A stretch of DNA of 64,000 bases from Terriglobia bacterium. GTDB taxonomy: Bacteria > Acidobacteriota > Terriglobia > 2-12-FULL-54-10. Below, piece after piece: positions 30,142 through 41,696 of this stretch (position 1 is its first letter; the number at the start of each line of letters is the position of its first letter). The notes beneath the pieces were generated by a model, which did not search any database, was not told where the DNA came from, and was given only the letters and a program-made list of their open reading frames with translations. The stretch is taken from positions 1,184,001 to 1,248,000 of the forward strand of contig CAXVYR010000004.1 in the NCBI GenBank assembly GCA_963666975.2, in the 5' to 3' direction. The position numbers were made by a program, and so were the translations under genes.

Positions 30142-30572
30142 TCAGTCATTCCTCCTGTTACCGCTATCCTGATCGGACGTCTCGGTTAACTATTTTACTC
30201 TCCACCAATACGGATTTTCCATTCATGATAAGGAAGATCGTACGGGGTAGTTAGTCTTCATTAGGCCGCATCCTCAGTCAAGTCAACGCGAACGGTCCCA
30301 CTCTGGGGCGCAGGCCTTTGCCTCACGGTACGGTAACGATTGGGTGCTTCCTCCGTCTACTGTTGCTGACTCGCCCCCATCTCCTTCTGAAGAAGGCGCT
30401 TATACCCGATCTGAAGCAAAACAGAATTATTGATGACGCCGAAATCGGCTGTAATATCTTGCGCCCTAAAGCGATAAGCCCATTCCAGCAACACCCAATG
30501 ACAGAAACACCCTCCTACTAGCACCAGCCACTTTGCAACATAGCTGGAATATCCGTAATTTATTGAGAAGTT

Positions 30573-30648
<76 letters not shown>

Positions 30649-30807
30649 CCGAAGGAAGCGGATGTGAAGGGAAGCAACCAGCTAATCATGCCATCATCCA
30701 GCCGTTAGCCAGTGTAACCCAAAAGCAAGCTACAAGAAAGATGCTCGTGCCAGAAAGAAGCGGAACCATTCATCCAACTGTTTGCCTGCCGGACGTTTAG
30801 AACGGCC

Positions 30808-32058
30808 TTACCCGGCGCTCATGGAGGCGAGGAAGTCGGAGTTAGCTTTGGTTTTGGAGAGCTTGTCCAGCAGCAGTTCCATCGACTCGGTCGGCGACAG
30901 CTGATTCAGCAACTTCCGCAGCACCCACACACGGTTCAGTTCATCCTTGGGCAGCAGCAACTCCTCCTTGCGCGTCCCCGAGCGGTTGATGTCGATCGCC
31001 GGAAACACCCGCTTGTCCACCAGCTTCCTCTCCAGGATGATCTCGCAGTTGCCCGTCCCCTTGAACTCCTCGAAGATCACGTCGTCCATGCGGCTGCCGG
31101 TGTCAATCAGCGCCGTGGCGACGATCGTCAGGCTGCCGCCCTCTTCGATGTTCCGCGCCGCCCCGAAGAAGCGCTTGGGCCGCTGCAAGGCGTTTGAATC
31201 CACGCCGCCGCTCAAAATCTTGCCCGACGGCGGCACAATCGCGTTATAGCCCCTTGCCAGCCGCGTGATCGAGTCCAGCAGAATCACCACGTCCCGGCGG
31301 TGCTCCACCAGCCGCTTGGCTTTTTCCATCACCATCTCGGCCACTTGCACGTGACGCGCCGCCGGCTCGTCAAACGTCGAGCTGATCACCTCGCCCTGCA
31401 CCGACCGTTGCATGTCGGTTACTTCCTCCGGGCGCTCGTCAATCAGCAGCACGATCAGGGTGACCTCGGGATGGTTGGTGGTGACGGAGTTGGCGATGGA
31501 CTGCAGCAGCATGGTCTTGCCGGTTCGCGGCGGAGAGACGATCAGGCCCCGCTGGCCTTTTCCGATCGGCGTCATCAGGTCCATCACCCGCCCGGAGAGG
31601 CTTCCTTTGTCGGTCTCCAGCCGGAGCCGGTCCTGCGGATACAGAGGCGTCAGGTTGTCGAAGAATATCTTGTTCCGCGACTCCTCCGGCGACTCGAAAT
31701 TCACCGCCTCCACTTTGATCAGGGCGAAGTAGCGCTCCCCATCTTTGGGAGGCCGAATCTGCCCGGAGACGGTGTCGCCGGTGCGGAGGTCAAAGCGGCG
31801 GATCTGCGAGGGGGAGACGTAGATGTCGTCCGGCCCGGGCAGGTAGTTGTAGTCCGGAGCGCGGAGAAACCCAAAGCCATCCGGCAAGGTTTCCAGCACC
31901 CCCTCGGAAAAGATCAAACCATCCTTTTCCGTTTGCGCCTGCAGAATTTTGAAGATCAACTCCTGCTTCCGCAACGCAGTGGCTCCTGGAACGTCCAACT
32001 GCTTGGCCACCTGCGTCAATTTGGCGATATTCAATTCTTTTAATTCTGCTAAATCCAT
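30808..32058 (-). CDS. rho: Transcription termination factor Rho
   Basis: GFGFLR, PIGKGQR, DERPEE and SGTRKEELL motifs. Confidence 0.98.
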   Translation of the reverse strand: MDLAELKELNIAKLTQVAKQLDVPGATALRKQELIFKILQAQTEKDGLIFSEGVLETLPDGFGFLRAPDYNYLPGPDDIYVSPSQIRRFDLRTGDTVSGQIRPPKDGERYFALIKVEAVNFESPEESRNKIFFDNLTPLYPQDRLRLETDKGSLSGRVMDLMTPIGKGQRGLIVSPPRTGKTMLLQSIANSVTTNHPEVTLIVLLIDERPEEVTDMQRSVQGEVISSTFDEPAARHVQVAEMVMEKAKRLVEHRRDVVILLDSITRLARGYNAIVPPSGKILSGGVDSNALQRPKRFFGAARNIEEGGSLTIVATALIDTGSRMDDVIFEEFKGTGNCEIILERKLVDKRVFPAIDINRSGTRKEELLLPKDELNRVWVLRKLLNQLSPTESMELLLDKLSKTKANSDFLASMSAG

Positions 32059-32536
32059 ACCAACTCCCGGACATCTTCTTGGATTCGTGTAAGGGACTAA
32101 GCGTGGAAAGCAAAGAAGAGCCGCTCTCCGCTCATTCGCGCTGCTGGCGCGCAGCCGAACGTAGCAGGCCAGCGTCCCCCTTTCCCCTACTTTCGTTCCA
32201 GCAATTTCACCGCTGCCCCGGTTGCGAGCCCAAGCAGGCGATGAGGCCTCGAAACCATCGCTCCCTTATTTGGCTCCCACTCATCTGGCTCCCAGCAATT
32301 TGGCGTTTTCTTCCCTTCCTCAGCAGAGAGAAGAAACCGGGGCGGACAACGTTCCTCTTTTCAGCTTCATGGATAATCAGGATAGAATAATCACGTCGCG
32401 GGAAATGATCTGCGGGAATCCACCGGAATGTAACCCCCCGCAGAAAAAATTATCGCCAGGGGATGAAATCAGCCTCCTTCCGAATCGGGTCGGAAAGAAT
32501 ATTCTAAGACTCAAAGGAGGGAAATGCTCGCCTTTC

Positions 32537-34960
32537 TCATTGCGTCAGCGACCCCTGCCCAGAAATGTCCTTGGGTTGAAAGTCGGCGGCCATGGGCGCA
32601 TCCGGCGCCAGTGGCTGCAGGGGCCGTTCCAAAGCAATCTGCAACACCTCATCCATGGTCTCGACAAAATGAAGCTTTAAGTTTTGCTGAATGATGTCGG
32701 GAATATCCGCCATGTCTTTTTCGTTGTCTTTTGGCATAATGACCGTGCGAATTTCTGCACGGTGAGCCGCCAGCAACTTCTCCTTCAATCCGCCAATCGG
32801 GAGAACCTTTCCGCGGAGGGTAATCTCGCCCGTCATAGCGACATCCCGCCGCACGGGGATTTTGGTCAGGGCGCTGGCCAGAGTCGTAGCCATGGTAATT
32901 CCCGCCGAGGGGCCGTCTTTGGGGATGGCGCCTTCCGGGACGTGAATATGCACGTCCAACCGGCGGTAGAAATCCCGGTCCAGTCCCAGCAGGTGGCTCC
33001 TGGAACGCACATAACTCATGGCGGCCTGGGCTGACTCCTGCATCACGTCGCCCAATTTTCCCGTTAAAGTAAGCCTTCCCTTGCCATCCATCAAAGTGGC
33101 TTCGGTCGACAGAATCTGGCCGCCAACTTCCGTCCAGGCCAAGCCGACTGCCAGCCCCACCTCATTATTTTTCTCAGTCAACGTATCCCGGAACTTGACG
33201 ACCCCCAGGTAATCCCCCAGGTTATCCGGAACAACGGAAACCTCCAGGTCGCGGCCTTCCTTGACGACCTTGCGGGCCACCTTCCGGCAGACGTTCGCGA
33301 TCTCCCGCTCCAGGTTGCGGACCCCGGCTTCCCGTGTATACGACTGGATGATGGCGGCGAGCGCCTCATCGGAAAAGCTGACGTTGTTTTCGGTCAAGCC
33401 TGTGGCCTTCTGCTGCTTTTTCACCAGGAAGCGTTTGGCGATCTCAACTTTTTCAAGCTCCGTGTAGCCGGACAGGCGCAGCACCTCCATCCGGTCCTGC
33501 AAGGCCGGGGGGACGGTGTGCATCACGTTGGCCGTGCAGATAAAGAAGACCTGCGACAGGTCGTACTCCACATCCAGATAATGGTCCATGAACATAAAAT
33601 TCTGTTCCGGATCCAAAACTTCCAGCAAGGCGGCCGAGGGGTCGCCGCGAAAATCCATGCTCATCTTCTCCACTTCATCCAGCATGAACACGGGGTTCTT
33701 GGTCCCTGCCTTTTTCATCATCTGGAGAATTTGTCCGGGAAGCGCGCCGATGTAGGTGCGCCGGTGGCCGCGGATTTCCGCCTCATCGCGAACGCCCCCC
33801 AGCGAGAGCCGCACGAACTTGCGTCCGGTAGCGCGGGCAATGGACATCCCGAGCGAGGTTTTCCCCACTCCGGGAGGACCGACGAAACAGAGAATGGAGC
33901 CTTTGGGATCTTTGACCAGGCGGCGCACCGCCAGAAACTCAAGAATCCTCTCCTTGATCTTTTCCAGGCCGTAGTGATCCTCTGAGAGAATCTTTTCGGC
34001 CCTTTCCATATCTTTGATCTCTTTGGTCTTCTTTTTCCAGGGAACCGCCAGCAGCCAATCGAGATAGTTGCGGGATACGGTGGATTCGGCCGACATGGGC
34101 GGCATCATTTCCAGCCGCTTCAACTCCTGGGAAGCTTTTTCTTTCGCTTCCTTGGGCATTCCGGCCGTTTCGATCTTTCTCTTCAATTCATCGAGTTCGC
34201 TCTTTTCGCCCCGGCCCAGCTCCTTTTGGATCGCCTTCATCTTTTCGTTCAAGTAGTATTCTTTTTGGGCGCGTTCCATTTGCCGCTTGACCCGGCCCTG
34301 GATGTTGCGGTCCACGTTCAATTTCTCGATCTCCAGCTCCAGGATGTTGGCGATCCGGTTCAGACGCTCCGTGGGATCGAAGATCTCCAGCAACTCCTGC
34401 TTCTCTTCCATGCTCAACTGCAGGTTGGCTGCAATGGTGTCGCTGAGCTTGGCGGCGTCATCCACCCGCGCAGCCGCAACCATCGTTTCATAGTTCAGGC
34501 TCTGGCTGAGCTTGACGTACTGCTCAAACAGCGCGGTGACGCGATTCACCAGGGCTTCCAGCGCGGGGCTCGTCTCCGCCTTGATTTGGACGGGGCGAAC
34601 CACAGCCCGGAAGAAACCATCCTCATCGCTCATGCTGAGAACCTTGCCCCGCTCCACTCCCTCGACCAGCACTTTGATGTTTCCGTCCGGCAACTTCAGG
34701 CTCTGAACGATGGTCACGATGGTGCCTACTTGATAGATATCGTTGGAACTGGGCTCATCAACGGAAGCATCGTGCTGGGTCGCCAGAAAGATCCTCTTGT
34801 CGCCCGCCATCGCCTCTTCCAGCGCTCGCACGGAGCTTTCCCGCCCGACCACAAACGGAGTCATCATGTAGGGGAAGATCACCACGTCCCGGATCGGGAG
34901 CATGGGCATTTTGCGGCTTTCGGTCTTTTCCTGGCTAATGAGCATTCTTCCTCTTTCCAT
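32537..34960 (-). CDS. lon: ATP-dependent protease Lon
   Basis: GPPGVGKT and PKDGPSAG motifs. Confidence 0.98.
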   Translation of the reverse strand: MERGRMLISQEKTESRKMPMLPIRDVVIFPYMMTPFVVGRESSVRALEEAMAGDKRIFLATQHDASVDEPSSNDIYQVGTIVTIVQSLKLPDGNIKVLVEGVERGKVLSMSDEDGFFRAVVRPVQIKAETSPALEALVNRVTALFEQYVKLSQSLNYETMVAAARVDDAAKLSDTIAANLQLSMEEKQELLEIFDPTERLNRIANILELEIEKLNVDRNIQGRVKRQMERAQKEYYLNEKMKAIQKELGRGEKSELDELKRKIETAGMPKEAKEKASQELKRLEMMPPMSAESTVSRNYLDWLLAVPWKKKTKEIKDMERAEKILSEDHYGLEKIKERILEFLAVRRLVKDPKGSILCFVGPPGVGKTSLGMSIARATGRKFVRLSLGGVRDEAEIRGHRRTYIGALPGQILQMMKKAGTKNPVFMLDEVEKMSMDFRGDPSAALLEVLDPEQNFMFMDHYLDVEYDLSQVFFICTANVMHTVPPALQDRMEVLRLSGYTELEKVEIAKRFLVKKQQKATGLTENNVSFSDEALAAIIQSYTREAGVRNLEREIANVCRKVARKVVKEGRDLEVSVVPDNLGDYLGVVKFRDTLTEKNNEVGLAVGLAWTEVGGQILSTEATLMDGKGRLTLTGKLGDVMQESAQAAMSYVRSRSHLLGLDRDFYRRLDVHIHVPEGAIPKDGPSAGITMATTLASALTKIPVRRDVAMTGEITLRGKVLPIGGLKEKLLAAHRAEIRTVIMPKDNEKDMADIPDIIQQNLKLHFVETMDEVLQIALERPLQPLAPDAPMAADFQPKDISGQGSLTQ

Positions 34961-35005
34961 TTCCTGCCGGGCTGGCGTGGTCCGTATTCACGCCGTCCAG
35001 CTTTG

Positions 35006-36289
35006 CTATCCGGCCTTCTCTAAAAGTTTGATGCTGATTTCCTGGTCCTCGACCATTTCCGGAGTCACTAGGAAGTCTCTTGCCTTCCTCTGGGAAGGTA
35101 GATGGTACATCAAATCCAGCATCAAATCTTCCAAAATCATGCGAAGTCCGCGGGCGCCGACCTTCCGTTCCTGAGCCTTGGAAGCGATCATTTCCAGAGC
35201 CTTTTCGGCGAAACGCAGCCGCACATTCTCAAACTCAAACAGCATCTGGTACTGCTTTACCAGTGCATTTTTGGGAGTTGTGAGAATCTGCACCAGGGCC
35301 GCTTTGTCCAAATCCTCCAGGACGGCGATGGCGGGCAGGCGTCCCACAAACTCCGGAATCAACCCGTACCGGATCAGGTCCATCGGCTGGACCTGATCGA
35401 GCATGTCAATATCGCAACGCGAAGCTTCTCGCGCCGGGGCTTCCGCATGGAATCCGAGCGATTTTTTCCCGATCCGCTTGCGGATGGTTTTTTCCAATCC
35501 GACAAAGGCCCCGCCGCAAATGAACAAGATGTTGGTGGTATCCACCGGAGTGAATTCCTGATGAGGATGTTTCCGTCCTCCCTGCGGGGGAACGTTGGCC
35601 ACCGTCCCTTCCAAAATTTTCAGCAGGGCCTGCTGGACTCCCTCTCCGGAGACATCCCGCGTGATGGAAGGATTTTCATCCTTGCGGCAGATTTTATCGA
35701 CCTCATCCACGTAGATGATGCCCTGCTGGGCGCGCGCCACATCGCCTCCGGCGGCCTGCAGCAGCTTCAGGATGATGTTCTCCACATCCTCGCCGACGTA
35801 TCCGGCCTCGGTCAGCGTGGTAGCGTCCACGATCGCGAACGGCACCTCCAGGAGACGGGCCAGCGTCTGGGCCAGCAGCGTCTTGCCGGTTCCGGTGGGG
35901 CCGATCAGCAGGATGTTGCTCTTGGTCAATTCCACTTCAGGGTTCCGCTGACGGGACATCTGGATCCGCTTGTAATGGTTATAGACGGCTACCGCCAGCT
36001 TCTTTTTGGTCTTCTCTTGCCCGATGACGTACTGACCTAAAAATTCCTTTATTTCCTTGGGCTTGGGCAATAAGTGCAGGCCCGATGCAGGGGCAGCTGC
36101 GTGGTCATCTTCCAGGATGGAGTTGCAGACCGCCACGCACTCGTCGCAAATGTAAGCGCGAGGATAGTCACTAGGCGAGGAAATCAGCTTGCCCACCGTC
36201 TCCTGTTCCTTATGGCAAAAGGAGCACTTCAGGTTCTCGTCCGATGCGCCTCGTTTCACTTTTTGCCTTTCTCGCTGCCTTGTTTCCAA
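35006..36289 (-). CDS. clpX: ClpX ATPase subunit
   Basis: C4 zinc finger, [18 protein letters not shown]. Confidence 0.98.
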   Translation of the reverse strand: METRQRERQKVKRGASDENLKCSFCHKEQETVGKLISSPSDYPRAYICDECVAVCNSILEDDHAAAPASGLHLLPKPKEIKEFLGQYVIGQEKTKKKLAVAVYNHYKRIQMSRQRNPEVELTKSNILLIGPTGTGKTLLAQTLARLLEVPFAIVDATTLTEAGYVGEDVENIILKLLQAAGGDVARAQQGIIYVDEVDKICRKDENPSITRDVSGEGVQQALLKILEGTVANVPPQGGRKHPHQEFTPVDTTNILFICGGAFVGLEKTIRKRIGKKSLGFHAEAPAREASRCDIDMLDQVQPMDLIRYGLIPEFVGRLPAIAVLEDLDKAALVQILTTPKNALVKQYQMLFEFENVRLRFAEKALEMIASKAQERKVGARGLRMILEDLMLDLMYHLPSQRKARDFLVTPEMVEDQEISIKLLEKAG

Positions 36290-36387
36290 ACGGCGGTTCG
36301 ACTCTCAGGGTTCGACTCTCAAAACGTCACTCGGAACAGGGCGCGATAATTTCTTTCCTGAAGATTTGTTTTCCGACGCTGATTCCC

Positions 36388-36975
36388 TTATTTGTGTTTG
36401 GAGATGATCTCATCAACAATCCCGTATTCTTTCGTCTGCTCTGCATTCATGATGAAATCGCGCTCCACATCCTTCTCAATCTTTTTCAAATCCTGGCCGG
36501 TATGTTTCGCCAGTAAGTTATTGGTAGCCTCCCGCATGCGCAGAATTTCCCGTGCTTGAATGTCGATGTCGGTGGCCTGCCCGGAAAGCCCGTCCATAGA
36601 AGGTTGGTGGATCAGCACACGCGCATTGGGAAGAGAAAAGCGCTTTTTGGGCGCCCCGGATGCCAGCAGCAGGGCCGCCATGCTGGCAGCCTGGCCAATG
36701 CAGATGGTGGAGACATCGGGACGAATAAATTCCATCGTATCATAAACAGCCATACCGGCTGTGATGGACCCTCCGGGACTGTTGATATAAAGGTATACAT
36801 CTTTCTCCGGGTCCTCGGCCTCCAGAAATAAGAGCTGCGCTGTAACCACGTTGGCAACGCTATCGTCAATGGGAGTGCCAATAAAGATGATGTTGTCGCG
36901 GAGAAGCCTGGAATAAATATCATAGGCCCTCTCCCCTCTATTGGATTGTTCTACCACCATTGGGATCAGTGCCAT
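36388..36975 (-). CDS. clpP: ClpP protease subunit
   Basis: [27 protein letters not shown]. Confidence 0.98.
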   Translation of the reverse strand: MALIPMVVEQSNRGERAYDIYSRLLRDNIIFIGTPIDDSVANVVTAQLLFLEAEDPEKDVYLYINSPGGSITAGMAVYDTMEFIRPDVSTICIGQAASMAALLLASGAPKKRFSLPNARVLIHQPSMDGLSGQATDIDIQAREILRMREATNNLLAKHTGQDLKKIEKDVERDFIMNAEQTKEYGIVDEIISKHK

Positions 36976-37071
36976 AACGAAACCACCCACCTCCCTTTCC
37001 ACTCTAGGAGCTTCCCGGCTCTCCGGCCTTCCCACTGAATGCTCGTCCGGGGCAAGATTTCACCTCGCCCA

Positions 37072-38355
37072 CTATGAAGCTGGTCTGCTGACCTTACGAA
37101 AGATAATCTCGAGAGCTTTCTCGATGCGGATCCTAGCTCTGATCTTATCCAGCGCCCCCTCCTTTGTCAAGCGAGACCGTATCATGGCCGCCGTCTGCTG
37201 GCTGGCTGCCGCGATTTTTCCTATCTCTTCTTCAATATCGGCTTCTTCGGCTACAATCTTTTTCTTTTCTGCAATTTTTTCCAAGATGAGAGCGCTTTTT
37301 ACCTCCTGCAGAGCGCTTTCCTGCTGGGAAGCACGCAGCTTCTTCCAGTCCATCTGCAGGCTTTTCAAATCAACGCCCTGCGCCGTCAGTTGGCGCCGCA
37401 GCCGCTCCACTCGCCTTTCCATTTGGCGTTCGACCATGCTCTCCGGAACGGGAAAGTCATGGAGTTCGACCAACTTCTGCCGGAGCTGGTTCTTGGCTTT
37501 CTGCTCCGCCTCCTCGCGCTTGGCCTTCCCCAATTCGTCCTGGACCCGCTGGCGGAGCGCATCCAGCGAGGCAAACTCGCCCATCTCGCGGGCGAAGTCG
37601 TCGTTCAACTCAGGCAGAATCTTTTTTTTCAACCCCAACACTTTCACCTTGTAGGCGACGGTTTTCCCGGCCAGACGCGGGTCGTTAAACTCCGGGGGAT
37701 AGGCAATCTCAAATCGACGTTCCTCGCCGAGTTGAGCGCCTTTCAGATTCTCCGTAAACTCTTTCATTGTGTTGGCGCCGCCGATCTCACACAACACTTC
37801 CTCGACCTTTACCGGCGTGGAGTCCCTGCCGGGAGAGATCCCCTCAAAACCGATGCTGGCAAAGTCGCCTTCCTGCAGGGGCCTGTCCTCCAAATTGACG
37901 TAGGTGGCAGCCTGTTCCCGCAAACGGTCGAGGTTTTTGACAACCTCTTCCTCGCTTACCTTCGACTCTTCCAGCGGTACAGACATGTCCTCGTAATTTT
38001 CCAACTGAAACTCAGGCAGAACCTCCACCGTCGCCTTGAACCGGAGGGCGGTGTCGTCGGCGAACTGCACATCGGTAACTGAAGGATATCCGACCGGCTC
38101 CCAATTCTGCTCTTGCGCCCGGACCCGGACATATTCGGGCACCAGTTCCTGCAACACCTCGGAGCGAATATCGTCCCGAAACTTCTGTTGAATGAGAGAA
38201 ACCGGAGCTTTCCCGGGCCGGAAGCCGGGCAGCCGAACGCGGCGCTGCAATTGAATGGCAACCGCATCCAACCGCTTCTTCACCACCTCTGGAGGGATTT
38301 CTATCTCCATTACCCGACGGCAGCTCTCTGACACGGGGAATTTGACCTCTTTCAA
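37072..38355 (-). CDS. tig: Trigger factor
   Basis: PGFRPGKAP motif; upstream of clpP. Confidence 0.96.
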   Translation of the reverse strand: MKEVKFPVSESCRRVMEIEIPPEVVKKRLDAVAIQLQRRVRLPGFRPGKAPVSLIQQKFRDDIRSEVLQELVPEYVRVRAQEQNWEPVGYPSVTDVQFADDTALRFKATVEVLPEFQLENYEDMSVPLEESKVSEEEVVKNLDRLREQAATYVNLEDRPLQEGDFASIGFEGISPGRDSTPVKVEEVLCEIGGANTMKEFTENLKGAQLGEERRFEIAYPPEFNDPRLAGKTVAYKVKVLGLKKKILPELNDDFAREMGEFASLDALRQRVQDELGKAKREEAEQKAKNQLRQKLVELHDFPVPESMVERQMERRVERLRRQLTAQGVDLKSLQMDWKKLRASQQESALQEVKSALILEKIAEKKKIVAEEADIEEEIGKIAAASQQTAAMIRSRLTKEGALDKIRARIRIEKALEIIFRKVSRPAS

Positions 38356-38659
38356 TGAATGGGGGTGTTGGGCGGCTTATGGGAACAGTTCCGTACCAAG
38401 CCCCTGGCACTGTCACTAGCTATTATACCGCGCTGCGATTGCCTAATGTGTGATTGCGGAGGAAACCGGCGACTGAGTAACCCCGAAGTAACCCCTAAGC
38501 CACCCTTGTTTAGTAACCACCGTTGCCGGATTTGCTGTGCGTTGCCGGAGCTGTCGTGGAATGCCCACTATAAGCAGCGCCTTTTCACAAAGTCAATCCT
38601 CATCCGCCGAATCGCTCTGCGAGCGGATTTTTGCCGCGAGCCTGCCGCCAGAAGCCAGC

Positions 38660-38959
38660 TTACTGGACAGCGAGCTGCGCTCCGGAACCGGGGTCCAGCT
38701 TAATCTCCCCAAAGGTCCTCTCGTAGTTGGAAACGTTCTGGCCCAGAATATTCAGCAGGGCCTTGGCTTGTTGCGGGCTCAGATAGACGCCCTGGAAGTT
38801 GACGATATTCATCTTATCGGGAGCCGTTTGCGACATGGTCCCGAACAGGAGAAGAAAATCCCAAACACTGACGCGGATCTGCACGCTGTTGGAGTACCCT
38901 TCGCGGTAGTCTCCGGTCTGTGTGATCTGAATTTGCGGTTGCTGCGATGGGGCAGTCAT
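38660..38959 (-). CDS. DUF3467-family protein
   Basis: YSNSV...DF.L.FG and LSPQQAK; GGAGG RBS. Confidence 0.8.
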   Translation of the reverse strand: MTAPSQQPQIQITQTGDYREGYSNSVQIRVSVWDFLLLFGTMSQTAPDKMNIVNFQGVYLSPQQAKALLNILGQNVSNYERTFGEIKLDPGSGAQLAVQ

Positions 38960-39039
38960 AATTCCTCCGCCGCAGGTGCGGCTGGCTCATCATCGCCCGA
39001 ACCGGAAGGCGAAGTCAATGCTCGCCGGACTGGAAAGAG

Positions 39040-39136
39040 CGTTCCGGTGCCTGATGGGGTTCCCTCAGGCACGCAGAACTTGGAAATCATCATCAGCGGC
39101 GTCCCGAGCAACACCGTCACCATCGCCGTGCAATAG
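39040..39136 (+). pseudogene. C-terminal remnant of a TIGR03437-like acidobacterial surface-protein domain
   Basis: VPVPDGVPSGTQNLEIIISGVPSNTVTIAVQ* with no credible upstream ORF. Confidence 0.5.
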
Positions 39137-39238
39137 TCTCTTTCACCCGTGCGGGCCCCGCTCCTGCGTTTCCCGAAAGGCCATGCTATAATGAGCAAAA
39201 TTTTCAGCGGTCAGCAGAATACGCTTTCGGTTCCAACC

Positions 39239-39952
39239 ATGAACCCGGACTTACAACTACTCGTTGAACTGCAAGAGCTGGACAGCGCCATAGGAGGCCT
39301 TTCGGCCGAGATGCAACGCCTGCCGAAGAAAATTGCGGAGATCGAAGGACAGCTTGCCGCCCATATCCAAAAAAGGGAGGCCGACCAGCAAGCCCTGGCG
39401 GGAAATCAACAGGCGCGCCGCAAGTGGGAAAACGAGATTGCCGCCCTGCGGGAGAAGATCAGCCGCTACCGGAACCAAACGCCGGACGTGAAAACGAACG
39501 AGCAGTACCGCGCGCTCCTCCATGAAATTGAATTCCATGAAACGGAGATCCGCAAGCTGGAGGATGAAATTCTTGCCGAGATGGTAGCGTCCGAGTCTTT
39601 GGAAAAAAGCTTGCAAGAGTCAGAGCAAAGTCTGGCCGAGGAGCGCTCTCGCGCCCAACGGGAAATCGCAACCGCCGAAAAGCAAAAACAGGAAGAGGAG
39701 AAAAAACTGAGCGAGGTCCAGGCCCGCCGGGAAACGGCACAACAACGGCTGTCAGCCGACGTTTACGCGCGCTACCAGCGGATTGCCGCCCTGCGCAAGG
39801 TGGCGGTCACCCCCGTATCCGATGGCGCCTGCCAGTCGTGCTACGTGCGGCTCCGCCCGCAGGCTTACAACGACGTCAAAACCAACCAGCAGATTCTCGT
39901 CTGCGAGAGCTGCGCCCGCATCCTGTATTATGCGCCGCCGCCGTCCGAGTAA
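39239..39952 (+). CDS. Coiled-coil protein with C4 zinc ribbon (DUF164)
   Basis: L.LL.ELQ.LD, long coiled coil, CQSC...CESC; TGCTATAAT upstream. Confidence 0.88.
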   Translation: MNPDLQLLVELQELDSAIGGLSAEMQRLPKKIAEIEGQLAAHIQKREADQQALAGNQQARRKWENEIAALREKISRYRNQTPDVKTNEQYRALLHEIEFHETEIRKLEDEILAEMVASESLEKSLQESEQSLAEERSRAQREIATAEKQKQEEEKKLSEVQARRETAQQRLSADVYARYQRIAALRKVAVTPVSDGACQSCYVRLRPQAYNDVKTNQQILVCESCARILYYAPPPSE

Positions 39953-39961
39953 AGCAGAGCC

Positions 39962-40531
39962 ATGTCCTCCCCATCCAAACCGCCCCTGCCCACCTCGTCA
40001 TCGGAACGGGTGGCCTACATTGACGGAGGCTCCCGGGGCAATCCCGGACCCGCCGGCTACGGCGTAGTCATTCAGGACTCGCAGGGCCGCACGATCGAGA
40101 CGCTGTCAAAGCGCCTGGGAAAAGCCACCAACAATGTCGCTGAATATCAGGCCCTGCTGGCTGCTTTGGAGTACGCCGGTCGGAAACAGCTCCAGCGGCT
40201 GAAAATCTACTGCGATTCCGAACTGGTCACAAAGCAGATGCAGGGACGCTACCGCGTGAAGAGCCCTGAGCTGAGCCCCCTATACGAGCGCGCACGGGAA
40301 TTGGCCAGCCAACTAGACCATTTTTCCATCCAGCATGTGCCCCGGGAGCAAAACCGACAGGCTGACCGGCTGGTCAACGAAGTTCTCGACCACGGGAAGT
40401 CCACTCCGCGCCTTCCGGTGCATTCTTTTTCGGCAGTAGTGGAAGCAGGAAAGCTCAGACCCTTGTCCCCTGCCCCGGAGCTGGAGGAGGGAATGGAATA
40501 CGAGGTTCGCGCGCGCAAGCGGATCAAGTAA
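39962..40531 (+). CDS. rnhA: Ribonuclease HI with C-terminal extension
   Basis: DGGSRGNPG, TNNVAEY, DSELV and N..AD motifs. Confidence 0.9.
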   Translation: MSSPSKPPLPTSSSERVAYIDGGSRGNPGPAGYGVVIQDSQGRTIETLSKRLGKATNNVAEYQALLAALEYAGRKQLQRLKIYCDSELVTKQMQGRYRVKSPELSPLYERARELASQLDHFSIQHVPREQNRQADRLVNEVLDHGKSTPRLPVHSFSAVVEAGKLRPLSPAPELEEGMEYEVRARKRIK

Positions 40532-40807
40532 GGCGAGCCAGGACAGGCATTGCCGAATTCGGACTTTTCCTCTGCCAAATTTCTCTCAAACTTCGTCTTG
40601 GATTTTCGGGTGGAATGAATTAACATAGGTGTGTTTAATTGTACAATTTTGCCATGTTACCTTGCCCCCAGCTCGGAATGGCCTACCCTTCTCAAATCCC
40701 GAGAAATATCTTTATACACGAACATAACGGAAGCGGTATTGGTCACGAATCCGCCTTGGCTCCCTCGCGAGGCTCCGTCAAGGCTCCCTCGAAAGGATGA
40801 CATTCTC

Positions 40808-41578
40808 ATGGCTATTTACGCTTACTGCCTCCTTCGCCTGCCCGCAGAGGAGGACTGGCCCGTTATGCAAGGGATTGACGACCATCCGGTGTTCCCGCTC
40901 CGGTGCGGGAAGTACACGATGTTGCTGAGCCGTTTGGACCGCAATTACAGATTTACTCCCCGGTCCATCGTGCAGCACGGCCAGGTTATCGGCCGCGCCT
41001 TTGAAACGCACACCGTGCTGCCGATGCGTTTTGGCACCTCTTTCCAAACCGAAAAACAAATCGCTCAACTGATTCAGGAAAACCGGAGTGAACTGCTGGA
41101 AGCTTTCTGTCGGCTGCGTGGCAGGGCCGAGATGCGCTTGAAGTTGCTCCTGCCTCCGGACGTTCAGAACCCAGAAAGCCCGAAGAAATCTCTTCCGAAT
41201 TCCCGGGAGGCTGGAAAGCGCCGTCCGAACGGGAATGGAGCCGGGAAGCCAGCGGACGCTCCGATGGACGCAAGGAACCGCCTACTGGCCGAGCAACTAG
41301 CCGTCTGGGCACGCGGGATGTTTCATCCTCTGGAGCAGCAGGTTCGCTGTCGCATGAATCCGGGCAGCGAGTTGCTGGTGGATTGCGCCCACTTGATCGA
41401 GAACAAAAGAGTGGCCAGCTACCAAAAGTTACGTCGGAGCGCGGCAGAACAGGTGAAAGGTTGTGACCTCCGGATCAGTGGCCCGTGGCCGCCCTATCAC
41501 TTTCTGCCGACTTCCATTCGGATGCCTGCGGCCACTCCGCCCGTACTCAGAGCCCGGGCGGCGGTAGCCGCTCGGTAG
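40808..41578 (+). CDS. GvpL/GvpF-family protein (orphan)
   Basis: YAYC, VLPMRFG and SGPWPPYHF motifs. Confidence 0.85.
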   Translation: MAIYAYCLLRLPAEEDWPVMQGIDDHPVFPLRCGKYTMLLSRLDRNYRFTPRSIVQHGQVIGRAFETHTVLPMRFGTSFQTEKQIAQLIQENRSELLEAFCRLRGRAEMRLKLLLPPDVQNPESPKKSLPNSREAGKRRPNGNGAGKPADAPMDARNRLLAEQLAVWARGMFHPLEQQVRCRMNPGSELLVDCAHLIENKRVASYQKLRRSAAEQVKGCDLRISGPWPPYHFLPTSIRMPAATPPVLRARAAVAAR

Positions 41579-41696
41579 GAAGCTGCGGACGGAATTTCAC
41601 CTCAACCGGAGGCGGGAAAAATACAGCCGATTTCAAAGGTGCAAGTAACGGAATTGTATTCCGGAGTGTTCTTGGGTCGGAGGGATAACCTCCGGG

